A stretch of 64,000 bases of DNA from Marsupella aquatica (taxonomy: Eukaryota > Plantae > Marchantiophyta). Both the position numbers and the translations under genes were made by a program. This document shows, in pieces, positions 1 through 11,702 of the stretch (position 1 is the stretch's first letter; every line of letters starts with the position of its first letter). The stretch is taken from assembly GCA_973895155.1 (NCBI GenBank), contig OZ316892.1, positions 1,491,223-1,555,222 of the forward strand, in the 5' to 3' direction. The notes below the pieces were generated by a model that searched no databases, was not told the DNA's origin, and saw only the letters and a program-made list of their open reading frames with translations.

Positions 1-156
1 TGGTTCGGAAAACTCTGAAATTTTTCCAGTAGGGTTTCCTAGGTACAGACTACACACTAAAGAAGTATGACAGCTTCTAAAGCTCTAGAACACATTTCTA
101 AAAATCAGATAAGATGCACTACTCTAAAAACTAACTAAGAACACTTAGAGACTTCT

Positions 157-912
157 TCAAGCTTGCTGTCGGATGTCCTCTGGTTCTAGTAACTCCACAA
201 GGGTAACAATTCGGTTCTGGGTAACCTCTATCAGCTTAGCTTGGCGTGGGGATCCTCTAGAGTAGGGTAGGCACCTTAGTTGTCTCTCAGGATACATCAA
301 AGGCATTCTCTTCATCAAATAACAGGAATCTGTACGAAGAGCTTCTCTGTATATCCCTAGTACATCATAGTTGTTGCAGGTGGCAGCATATACTTGGGGA
401 TAGTGATGCAGAAACTCATCACTATTCATCATCCTGGAATAGAAGGGTCGAAGTCTCCATCTGACATCCTTAAAATATCGGTTGAAATGAGCCAGGGTCT
501 GAGTAGTGACATTATTCCAGATCCTCTGTTTCTCAGCTAGGGAACTGGTGGAAACAAGGACAACCTTCGGCTCTCGTGGGATGTAAGAGTTCTGGTGAGA
601 AGTGGATTTCTTACTCTGCATGAGAAAAGAAATCACAAAGTCCAGAGCGTAAGCTGCAAAATTCCCGAAATAGGCCAAAACCAAATCTGGATCTTCTACT
701 TCTACATCCCCTTGAAGTAGCATCATAGCAAGGATGGGTCGGAAGTAGATTGAGTCAGCCCAGAACTCATCAAATTGAGCCATCTCCACTCTTGAAGTTC
801 CGAAACTTCTGAGGTCAAATATGTAACTGGCCTCAGTCTTCTTAAGGTAGTAGTATCTCCAAAACTCTCCAATTGGGGGTCTGTTGGCCTGCATTATCTT
901 ACAAGTCTCCAC
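157..912 (-). CDS. Unknown 251-aa ORF, probably an accessory ORF of a retroelement
   Basis: Intronless ORF directly downstream of and co-oriented with the 1043-1987 accessory ORF, in TE-rich context; no recognisable domain. Confidence 0.35.
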   Translation of the reverse strand: METCKIMQANRPPIGEFWRYYYLKKTEASYIFDLRSFGTSRVEMAQFDEFWADSIYFRPILAMMLLQGDVEVEDPDLVLAYFGNFAAYALDFVISFLMQSKKSTSHQNSYIPREPKVVLVSTSSLAEKQRIWNNVTTQTLAHFNRYFKDVRWRLRPFYSRMMNSDEFLHHYPQVYAATCNNYDVLGIYREALRTDSCYLMKRMPLMYPERQLRCLPYSRGSPRQAKLIEVTQNRIVTLVELLEPEDIRQQA

Positions 913-1042
913 GTACCTCTACACTTGAGACTCTGGATGTCGTGTATATCTTTTCTCAATGACAGAATACCGGGGTGTTTGAGTAGAGGAGGTGACAACT
1001 GCCACTAAATTTGGATCAGATCTTAAGGTAGTGTCAACATCC

Positions 1043-1987
1043 TCAAATCCTTGCCTTGGTGACGACTCGTATGGCAGTAATAGTTGGTTCAACCACGACT
1101 TCTTGTTGCTCAGGAAAAATCTCGTCTCCTTCAGCTTCAAGTTGATCTGCTCCACTGATTTCTCTTGGAGAGTATAAAATGACCTCCATGTTGTGTTCAG
1201 GGGGAAATTCCGAACCATCTATCGAGACATCCTCCATATTAACATCCTGATCAGTGGAATTCAGCAGAATGTCCTGTTCTGATTCTGCTACACTAATTTC
1301 TTCCTCAATGTCCAACTCGATCAGAAGTAATCCCCTTTCTGTTTTCTCCTCCGGATGTAAACAGTCATGTGCTTGATACAGCTGAGATAGATAGACTTGT
1401 AGACAAGTAGGTCTGCCTGCCTTCATACTTCTCACCTGATCGTGCATCACATTGAAAAGTAACAACGCCCAATTTACTTGAATAGCTCCACTGTGAGAAG
1501 CTACGATAGTATTCGCCAATGCCACAGGGCAGATAGTTGGTCTCTTCGGATGGAGAATGGGCACTAGAAATTCTAAAAGAATCCTCAAATCCGGATAGGT
1601 ACATTGTGTCACATTCCAGCCATTGGTAGGATGGCGAATCCCTGAAAAGTAAGGAGTGGACAAATCTTTTTTCTTTGAATATAATCCTTCTCCATCTAAG
1701 GGGCAGCGGAAGGCATGAGCTACTTGCTCAACTGTCCATAAACTTGGCCGAGCTCGAATGGTTTGTCGAAATTCAGGGGCAATCAGTGATCCTCTCACAA
1801 AATCCTGTAAATAAGAGTCGAGCTCCACATTCCAAGGGATTGCGAGTAGATGTTCCAATCCGAGCTGCTGTAACGATGTTCTCAAATTTTCACAACTGTC
1901 GGGCGCCAAAGGAATTCGAGCGACCACACTCTTAGGAATTGCCAGAGTTTGAACACGATACTGTGCATCAGCGTTCAAGTTAGCCAT
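1043..1987 (-). mobile_element. Transposon-associated accessory ORF (314 aa)
   Basis: ATG-initiated intronless ORF. Segment DLRILLEFLVPILHPKRPT...VNWA...PTCLQVYLSQLY aligns by eye with the degenerate ORF at 23033-23700 (DLRNMMAFLVPLIYPEKPR...VSWA...PTALSCYLVHLY). Acidic low-complexity C-terminus. Confidence 0.55.
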
Positions 1988-2192
1988 AGCTCAAATTCTG
2001 CTCACTGAGCTACGCGAAGAATTGTTTGGAGTCGAGAGCGATGAAAGATGCAGCGGAAGAGAAGTCAGGAGTGAGCGCCTATGTTCTGGATTCCTCCCCC
2101 TTCAAGGCCTGCTCCTCGTTTTGTTGCAAAGTCCCGTTGGAGTTAGCCGTAGCCTGTCACAATCGCGGGGCTCGCCAGTTCGCAAGTCGCAA

Positions 2193-2362
2193 CTCTTAAA
2201 GTCGTAAAGTCTTAAAGTAGGGTTTACTCGTAAACCCTTAAACTCTTAAACTATTAAACACTTCAACTCTTCAACTCTTAAACTATTAAAGTATTAAAGT
2301 AGGGTTTACTCGTAAACCCGTAAACTCTTAAACACTTCAACTCTTCAACTCTTAAACTCTTA
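2193..2362. repeat. Short degenerate tandem repeat (AAACTCTT-like units) with a duplicated GGGTTTAC-TC-GTAAACCC hairpin
   Basis: Units aactctt/aactatt/aacactt read directly; 'taaagtagggtttactcgtaaaccc' occurs twice (~2213 and ~2295). Confidence 0.7.
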
Positions 2363-3603
2363 ATCTTCGGCAGAGTTTAGTTTACTCGAGTTATCAGCAA
2401 ATATAGTTTAACTACTTCAAAAATTTAAAAATTTTCCGGTTTTCTTCATGACTTTGGAATTATTGCCTATCTACAGGCACTGTCAAAGGCCGGCCTGAGG
2501 GGTGCTTGTTTCAAAATGATGGCACTATCATGTTTCGGTCACCAACAACAATGCTGGAATGTGAAGAAGTTGAAGATTCCATTCGATTACATGATGTCTC
2601 ACCTGACCCATTGTCTGGGGTTGGATCCGACGCTGTGGATGATGAGGTCAGAGTGTTTGGAGCTGTATTGGGGATGTCATAGAGCCTCTCCATGATACTA
2701 CCTGAAATCCACAATGAAGGAGAACATGAAGTCCCTGACGGCCTTGTCAATGATGTGCATGTTGTCCTCGATACTCCTGACCAAGAAGCATCAGGACGTT
2801 GTCTTGCATTTAGTGGACATGACTACAAGAAGCCCGCCGCTCTGAATTGCAGCCCAATTATGTTCACTGATTTCCTGGGCACAACGAAACGTTCTAATAG
2901 CCCACCTGTTTCCCATACCATTCTTGACTCCCATGACCTTTCTCAAGTATTGAAAAATACCATTGCATTTGAGGAATTCATGTGCACACCAACCCACCCA
3001 TCAAGTGAGTCATGTCAAATTCAAAACCTGCAAGGAAAAATAGGTTTCACAATTGGCAGCCCCGTTGGGGCAGGAAAGAAGCAACACCATCCGAGTCCAC
3101 AATGCATTGACAACGTGGATGAATTCACCCCGACACAACCCAATCCATTGCAAGTAAGCTTTGCTAGGATGGAAACAAGAATGGCAGCTCTTGAGGACCG
3201 TGTGAAGAAACTTGACAAAAATGTCAATGGAACATTTGGTGCATTTTGTTTAGACGACATGGAACACGACATATGATAGAGTTATGCGTGCTTTTTGACC
3301 TCAGTAAACCTTAATAAAACAATAACATTACTTCTATATTTTTTCAGAGGCTTAATTGTTCAATTCATAATAGTCCCACAGGCTCGAATAGGTACATTTG
3401 AGTCAAGAAAAGAGCTCTCTGTTGATTCTCTCCCAGTATGAACTCCAGATTCTGTTCCATATTATCCTTTTTTCTGGTTGCATGATCATCACTCGTTTCT
3501 TGTTCTGCACAAAACATGCAACAGCATACAATCAGAGACCACATGGAATTTGTAATTCATGATTACTTAATTGCAAGCTCAAAATAAGCAGAATCAATCT
3601 TAC

Positions 3604-3735
3604 CTGTGCCAACTCCAAAATCTTCAACTCAATCAAATCTTTGGTGATAAGCCTGACAACTTTGACCGGCCTTGTTTGCCCAGTACGATGTGAACGATCG
3701 ACGGCCTGGTCCTTTACAATGCGGTTTCATTGGTG
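3604..3735 (-). pseudogene. Orphan exon of a SNF2-family helicase (C-terminal motif VI region)
   Basis: Translation Q*NRIVKDQAVDRSHRTGQTRPVKVVRLITKDLIELKILELAQ followed by a GTAAG donor. Matches the SNF2 consensus WNPxxExQAxDRxHRIGQxxxVxVxRLIxxxTIExxI, with the Trp codon mutated to TGA. Confidence 0.75.
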
Positions 3736-3812
3736 AAGTTTGAATGAAAAATAGCTTTGAGAGGTGGAGGTTATGTGCTGCTCATGTTTGGGATTGTGCC
3801 GGGGTACAATTA

Positions 3813-4096
3813 TCCCTTATGATCAATGAGGGTACCCTTATCAAAGAGGGTACTCTACTATGTGAGGATACCCTTATCAATGAGGGTACCCTTATGAATA
3901 AGGGTACACTTATCAATAAGGGTGCCCTTATCTCTGTACCCTTATCTTTATCTTTAAGGGTACTCTTATCGCTTATCAATGAGGGTACTTTATATGTGAG
4001 GGTACTCTTATCCCTTATCAATGAGGGTACTCTTAACAATGAGGGTACTCTTATCCATGAGGGTACATTTATCAATGAGGGTAACGTTATCAATGA
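3813..4096. repeat. 18-bp minisatellite CCCTTATCAATGAGGGTA (quasi-palindromic)
   Basis: Roughly a dozen degenerate copies; it generates the spurious NEGTLI and RVPSLI ORFs on the two strands. Confidence 0.85.
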
Positions 4097-5744
4097 CACC
4101 ACCTTGGCCTTTGGGTTAGGATCCGGTAGTCACAGCAAGCACGGGCAGGGAACACCATGAAGGCTGTCGGAGCTGGCAGAAGGACTCCGAAAGTATTGAA
4201 AGGACCCTAAATCTCATCGGACCGGGATTTTGGGTATTTGCGGGATAGATTTCGACCGAAGTACATGCCTGAATTTAGTTGCTTTATTTTGGTTCCCTAA
4301 ATCAGGGGTGATTTTTTTCATCTAATCGTACGTTCTTGTATGCCAGTTTTTTTCTCGTATGTAATGTGAAAGTGGGGAGGGGTATGGCATGCGTGACAGT
4401 AAACAGGAAACAGGTTTACTGGTACCAGCAAAAATTTTCCTGTTACCAGCAAAAAGTTACTATTACCAGGAAAAATAACCATGTTAAAATATTTTCTAAA
4501 AAGTCACATTTTCCAAAAAAAATAAAATTGCAACGTTTTTTGGCTAGCTTTGGGCGCTAGCATTACCAACGCCGGGCGTTGGCAAAAAAAATGAAAAATT
4601 TGAAGAAAAAAAAACCTTTTTTTTTCCAAAAAAAAAATTTAAAAAAAATTACCACTCATTTTCCTGTTATCAGTTTATGTTTCCTGTTACTGTTTGCTGT
4701 TTCCTGTCGTTTGTAAATACCCCGTGGGGAGGGAAAAAAAGCAATCAGCTTTTTTGGGGAAAAAAGTACGTAACGTAGGGAAGAGGGAGGAAAAAAAATC
4801 AATTAGCTTTTTCGGGGAAGAAAAAAACTATGTAAAGTGGGGAGAAGTGGGGGAGAGAAAAAAAATAATTAGCTTTTTTCGGGGAAGAAAAAAAAACTTC
4901 ACCATAGGCAGGGAGGGCTGGGGTGGGAGGAAAAATAATTGGGAAAACTTCAGGTAAAGAGTCAAATGTTTTTTTGTAAATAAGTTGGGAGCTGGGAGTT
5001 TTTTTGTTTCCGCTACCTTGTTCCCCAAGAAAGGCAACGACAACGGTCATGCCTCGGCAAAGTGTAAATTTGTCATTCCTATAGGCGATTAAATATTTAA
5101 ATACTTTGTATTAAATACACTAAACTCCTACCTCATTCTAGTTTGGTCTAGTTTTATTCTTCTACACCTCCCTATCCATTTCATACTCACTCACATTAAA
5201 CATTTTTATTTTTACCGTCCAACCTAGTTTTTCATAATCTAGAAGCGACATGTGAGACACGTTTCACACAAATGAAAATTTTATTTTTCCCCGGTCCCAC
5301 ATGACCTGCCAATTTTCCCTAACACTAGTCACTAGTATCTAGATAAAAAGACCACTGAAAGGGAGTGTTGTACGATATAACAAATGTGCAGTACGACACC
5401 GTATTTGTGGCCAAAAACTCACGGCAACATATTGAATTCCATACCCGAGGCATTTCACTACAACAATTAAAGAATTTTAGTCCAAACCCTACTGGCTCTG
5501 TAAATGAGGATGACATCACCCGACTGTGGTCACTCCTCTAGTTCTATTTTTTTCACTCCTCCAGTTCTATTGGACTGAGAAATTAGAAATTAGGAGTCAT
5601 TGAGATTTTTTCTTTATTAACATTTTTTGAGGAAGGCGCCTGGGACAAGCTTGGCTGAATGGCTGCACAAGAGTTTACATATTTCTCTATGTACTTTATC
5701 TTACCTCCAATTCGAACAGATGCAATTTGAAACATGGCCAAAAA

Positions 5745-6545
5745 TTAATTTGTCAGTTTCCCTATATACTTTCGCTTAGCACATGGTTGAAGCCAGTCTC
5801 AACTTGCCTTTGTACAAAACATGACTTGAATCAGGTCACCAAGTAATAAGAACACTATATGAGCTGCAACATTTGGGAAACACATAGGTACTATTTGTAA
5901 TATTTGGGAAACATATAGGTACTATCACCAGATCAAATTCATGCTAAATTTTTGACCCGAACTTAAACATATTATGTGTACAAAACTCTCGCCATTTCTT
6001 CTCGGTTTCATGCCCTTCAAACCAAAGGACTTGGAATTTGACACCACTTGGGGAAGGAGATCTATCATGGAGAATTCTGAGATCAACTTTGAACGCCATA
6101 ATCACCACTGTGTCGGCTGTATTTTTCTTACGATGATTATGTAGTGGGACTCAAAGGCAGCAGTAACAAGATTAGTCACGTAAAAGGTGGGTCCCGTACA
6201 AAACTTTATGTCCTTTTTAATAGGCTTGATCCCTTCCCGTGAAAATCTTTTGAATGAGGAGAGTCGGGTTCCATGGTAGAGAGTCACAATTCCTAAACAA
6301 GTTGGATTGTATGAGATGTGATAAGTCTTAATTCGTCGGTCCTGACTGAATAAACAAGCTCTTTGTCCAATATTTTATTTTTGCACATGTCTCGGATTTG
6401 GTGGAGGAGTCTCGTAAAAACATAAAGATACAAAAAAAGTTAGCATGCTGCTAAACCACTCTCCTTCAGGTATTTCAGTTCGATATTTGAACTCGGTTTT
6501 TCACTTTCGCTTCTCCATCGCTTTCGACGAGTTATTTCTGTCCAT
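5745..6545 (-). pseudogene. Intronless pseudogene of an ADP-ribosyltransferase-fold (DUF3990-like) protein
   Basis: Reconstructed across one frameshift, several stops and a ~31-bp duplication: ...VTLYHGTRLSSFKRFSREGIKPIKKDIKFCTGPTFYVTNLVTAAFE/FPLHNH...VVIMAFKVDLRILH...VLWFEGHETEKKWREFCTHN...HEFDLVIVPICFP...LIQVMFCTKAS*DWL. Motif order LYHGT / GxxFYxT / WxxF..N / H-[YF]DxVxxP / QxxFxT matches DUF3990-type ART proteins. Confidence 0.65.
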
Positions 6546-7636
6546 CCTTCACTGCTATCACAAACAGAATCCATTCTGCAATAATTAATAGCAAGCCATT
6601 AGAATGTAAAATATATATGATCTCTGGTACGGGAAGAATATAGCACGAAGAATATATACGACAGAGAACGTGCACATGCACACTTCACTCGCACGGCTTT
6701 GCAACTCTCATTACCCGTTTCGAATGTCATCGAAACTCGTTTGGAATCGCTCGACCGCAAAATGAAAGCCTCTCTTCTTCTCTCCTCTCCTCCTCTCCTC
6801 TTGTTTGTGTTACTGTTCGTGTTACTGTTTGTGTTCATTAAAGCAACTATCCTTGGAAAGTCCTAAAGTGACCTTGTGCTGGGTGAACGACCAATATCAA
6901 GGAGAAACACAAAATGATGATGGATATACTTCTAATTTCTCGAATTCAAATTCTCAAATTTTATCTTTTATATGATTAATTGTGTTACTATTATCTTTAA
7001 GTTCTCATTTCATAATTATATTATTCTAATAAAAAGTATAATCGATATATTGATAATTATTATATTCAAAGTTATATGAAAATTTTGCGTAATAGATTTT
7101 CTTTCTCAATTGATTTCATTTTCCAAGTTTGTTCATTTAAAGGAATTGAAAGTATAGAAAAATGACATGAATTCTGTAATCATAATATATTTGGGTTTCA
7201 GTCAAGAGTTCAACATGAATTTGATCTAGTTATTGGATCTATGTATTTTCTAAATGCTACAGTTCATATCATATTTCATTGACATATTGATGTAATTTAA
7301 ATTACATTCTATATAAAAATAACTAAAAAATAAATTGAGTCTTGTGAAAATAAACATATATAAAAATATATTAAAAAAATTCTGAAGATTAGTTAGAGGT
7401 GAACACAATTATGGGTTAAGACAAAATATATAGAAAAATATCTAAATTTCAATGAGACTGACATTTACTAAATTTATTGTTATATTTATAAAAATAATAA
7501 TTTATTTTACTTGATCGATGTCCAGAATTTATTTTTGTTCTCTAAACTCAAAATGTATGATTATCATATTTTCTATTTTATTTATTTTATGGTGATAAAA
7601 TGGAAAAAAAAGATGATATTAATGATATAAATAATT

Positions 7637-7798
7637 GCTTAGAGAGGCATGACTTTGTGGTAGCTCACTTGAATTGAAACTGATCGGTCTTGGGTTCAAT
7701 TGTTGTGGCCGACACTTCCCAACTATTGTGGCTGCTTCTTCCATTTCTGTGAGGTTTCACAGATTTTCCTTTAAATTTAAAAATTAAAAATTAAAAAA
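7637..7798 (+). mobile_element. tRNA-derived SINE with 16-bp TSD
   Basis: Flanked by the direct repeat AATGATATAAATAATT (7621-7636 and 7799-7814); box A-like TGGTAGCTCACTTG, box B-like GGGTTCAATT, A-rich 3' tail; GC-richer than the surrounding DNA. Confidence 0.7.
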
Positions 7799-10047
7799 AA
7801 TGATATAAATAATTTATAAATAATTTAAGATAATATTTTTAATTTTATTTTAACTAAAAATCTTAGATTGTATAAAAAATAAGATTTAAAAACAAATTAA
7901 AATTTAATTTAATTTCATTAATTGATGATTTATTTCAATTAAGGATAAAAATAAATATTTAAAAAAATTTCAAAATGAAGTTTTTCTTGTGATCACCAAA
8001 ATATACAATAATATTATATACAACAGAAAATAAACAAATAAAAAATATCATTAAAATCAATAAGTAAAAAATAGATTAAATTATTTAATATAATAATAAA
8101 ATTTAATATCAATAATAATATACAAAATAAAAAATAATTTTGAATCAAAAATTGATAAAAATTAATAATCTTATTTTGAATAGTACATTAATAAAGGTCA
8201 TAATCTTTATACGTTAAATATGAGTGATATATCAAAAATAATAATTTATAAAACATGAAATAATTTTTTAAGAAAAAGCTTTATAAAAAATATAAGATCA
8301 ATTATATGTAGGTCATTCATATCTTTACATTGTACTTATTAAATCATTATAAAATATATAAAAATATTGATAAAAAATTATTATTTTAATATATAACAAG
8401 AAACCAGCTAATGTGATTGAAAATTTGACACATCATAAATTAATAATCAGTCCTGATGTTAGATTATTAATTATTTAATATTAAAAGAGACCTCCTTAAA
8501 CAAACGTCATCGATTTCAAAATAGTTTCAAACTAAGATAAATATGTGTCATCACCTCTAACACAAAACTATATTTAAACTCTATAATAATAAAATTTTAT
8601 AAGAATTTAATCACTCGATCACATTTACCTAGTCGACTACAAAAATATGAAAAATATATATATTAATTTATTAAGATAATAATATACTTTACAATAAATA
8701 TTTTGAAAATTCACACGATAATTATATATTTTTCATTGTTTACTCAAAATTCTTTACTAACTCAAGTAATTATTCTAAAAAGACGATATTTTTAAGCAAC
8801 TTTGAATATACAAAAATATAAAGGTAATACACAATCTTAATTTTGGGGTTACCAATATTAGATACACAGTTTTTACTATTTGAAATGACATTTATTGAAG
8901 AGCCTTTGGTGTCTGAACACTTACACGCAACTATTTGAGCAAGCAACTTATTGCTCCTTACACTTCAGACAGCCCCTCTATCATACCTTTGCTTTTGAAC
9001 TAATAAGTCTTATTATACTATTAAAATCTTTCACTTGATAACTCTTCATCACTGAGTATTACGGGAGGGATGCTCCATAAGTAAAAACTACCTCTATTTC
9101 TATTAAGCCTTTATTTTTCCTTGAGACTGTGCAGATATATTTGGTTTCCGTCACTAGAAATGAATATTCTTTGGTTTTCACCACTAGAAATATCTTCTTA
9201 CCCGACAAGACAACTAATCTAGTCTTATGACTTTGTGGCTGGCCCCTGGGGTGCGGCCCCTAAGGGCCGATGAGACATGTTTGGCCCTGCGATGTATGAT
9301 TGTTGTCTGCCTATCGTTGCTTCTACTCTTTTTGGCTGATTGCCTGCCCTTGCCGTGGGGCTTTTCACGGCCCAATTAATGAAAAAAAAATTCCCAGGAA
9401 ATTAAATTTAAAAGACCCTATTGTTCTTCTACAAAAATTCTTAAGTCTTCCCTTCAAACCAATAAAATTACCCTATCCTTCAGCGCACGTGATGTGCTAT
9501 TTTTGTGAAAGTAAAACACTCGAGGGGAAATGCTCTCAGCAAGGGTCGCCAACTTCACTGAGTTGCCAGCTCAAAACTAAGCTACCTGCTTAAAACCACA
9601 AAATGTGTCTAACCTTCTAAGTTGCAATGTTCCGCTATTCCCTATTTCCTACAAGTGAATGTGTGCTCATTTTTGCACATTCACTCCAGTGGACACCTCC
9701 AATTTAGCTCTTGTCGAGAAGAGGTCATTAATTTTCATCCATAGATTCTAGACGTCATCAGTCATCTCCCATAGCGTAGCCTGCACATCTCCATGGAGGC
9801 TCATAAGCTTTTGGAAGTCTGACTTGGTCTTCGCGATCTCATTATCCAAACTTTGCAGCAACTTCTTACCAGACCCAAAGTGAACATCAACACATTTTGC
9901 ACACTTGGCATTGGGTGAGTTCTTGTGGTTGGTTGTGTTGTCACGACCGCAGAACTTAGCAGCACCATGTGCAAGCATCTTCAACTTCTCTGAGATTCTA
10001 TTTGCATCACCAATAGCCTTGCTATTATCTAGAGATCTCAATAAATA

Positions 10048-10372
10048 AGGAGCTTCACCATCCCCGTCATGCAGTGTGGTAGCCATTGCAATATGATGCT
10101 TCCTAGGATGACCTCGTTTCCTTTTCTTTGTCTTGAAGAGCCAAGGAGCTTCATTATTTGGTAATGCAATTGACATGACGATGGGATGCTTTCTACGATG
10201 ACCTCATTTCCTCTTTTTTGTCAAGAGCCAAGGAACTTCATTATTTGGTAACACAATTGACATGACAATGGGATGCTTCCTACGATGACCTAGTTTCTTT
10301 TTTTGTCAAGAGCCAAGGAGCTTTATTATCAGGTAACGCAATCGACATTACAATGGGATGTTTCCTTGGCCT
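10048..10372 (-). repeat. ~85-93-bp tandem repeat (about 4 copies) encoding decayed AT-hook-like KRGxPRKH units
   Basis: ccaagga[g/a]ctt[c/t]attat motif at 10141, 10228 and 10313; minus-strand translation includes KRKRGHPRKH and RPRKHP. Confidence 0.6.
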
Positions 10373-10599
10373 TCACCTTCAAACGAGCTTGCCAACAAAC
10401 TATTCACATTCCAAGCCATCAGCGGGTCATCAGAGACGGCGCCCCGCCATCCCGCATTGTTTAACGAGACGCCTTGCAAAAATCCTCATTTCCTTTCTTG
10501 GATTCAGGTCCTCTCAACTCCTTTCGATTCCTCCAATGTCTAGGTTTCACCACAGGAAATTGGATAATCCATAAATCGTCTCGACTCCTCACCTTTGCC

Positions 10600-10929
10600 A
10601 TATGAGTACCATCTGGCAAAACCTTGTATTCCAATCAAGCTTGAGTAATTAATGTAAGGCTGCCCTAAAATCAAGTCATAGGGTAAACTATCATGCACAA
10701 AGATGTTAGTTGGCTCAATCACATTGCCAACCTTCACTGGAACTCCTGGACATCCTCCCCAAAGTGTATTCTTTGAACGATTGATTGAGTTTACCGACCA
10801 CTGGGTATCACAATCAACCATCCATTGCCCAAGATCATAGATGTTTCTTGACATTAGATTTACCTCTGATCCAGTATCAATCAATGCTCGGGCTTTGCTC
10901 TTCATCCCCACAAGCTCCATTTCCACCAC
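10600..10929 (-). pseudogene. Retrotransposon aspartic protease (frameshifted at its end)
   Basis: ALIDTGSEVNLM catalytic motif and YDLILGQP motif. Confidence 0.85.
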
Positions 10930-11139
10930 TGAGCAAGTTCTTGCCTAAAATGGTTCCAAGATGGACTCCTTGCCATCTCCCAATTCAAGATTCTTCATGG
11001 TAGAGGCACACATGACCCACACACTTTGTGAAGCCTTGAGTACCTCTTCTTGACTGATTTTTGCCACTTCTTGTGACTTGTCAAACTTTTCTCCCATCAA
11101 TGGTTCTCATCTTCCCAAGTCCAATAGCTTAGCTTATGA

Positions 11140-11320
11140 CATCTTTGGTTCAGAAACTACCTCCTTTGAAGACTCTAGCATCTGTGGTCCAGAAACTTCA
11201 TCATTTAAAAACCCTAGCATCTGTGGTCTAGGAATCTTCTTCTTTGAAGACTCTGGCATCTGTGGTCCAGGGATCTCCTCCTTTGAAGACCCTAGCATCT
11301 GTGGTCTAGGGATCTTCTCA
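11140..11320. repeat. 39-bp tandem repeat (about 4.5 copies) in the gag-protease linker
   Basis: Unit ctttgaagaccctagcatctgtggtc...; translates as a 13-aa repeat (PRPQMLGSSKEEI-like). Confidence 0.8.
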
Positions 11321-11702
11321 ACATTTACTTGATACACTTGACACTCTGTATTAGCTCTTGAAAATGAACCTTCTCCATCCTCTCCAGCTTCACCTTTGCA
11401 AGTAAAGCATCTTGAGCTTTGGAGTTCATGCAAGCAAAAAACTCCTCATTGGTGACTCCACTCACTGTGGCTTTCCAAAACTTGTCAGCAACCTGGTCAT
11501 ACTCTATGTGTTGCTCCACATCCCTTCCAAGTATCCAACCAAGTCCTTTCTTTTCTGCCTTCTCCTTTTTTACTACTTCCAACTCCTTTGAAGGGGTCAA
11601 AGTAGACTCTTTTGGTGTGCTTACTCTGTCCTCAAATCAAACACTCCTTCTCATTGGCACATCACATGATGGCCTAGGAGTAGAAGGTCCAGAATCCACT
11701 TT

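Noticed and set aside
2692-3276. 194-aa ORF
   Set aside because: No recognisable domain or reliable gene structure; cannot be supported as a gene from sequence alone.
3744-4160. 138-aa and 106-aa repeat ORFs (NEGTLI / RVPSLI), or a CRISPR-like array
   Set aside because: By-products of the 18-bp minisatellite; there are no unique spacers and the context is eukaryotic.
4560-5050. Lys/Phe-rich ORFs
   Set aside because: Arise from A/T homopolymer-rich low-complexity DNA.
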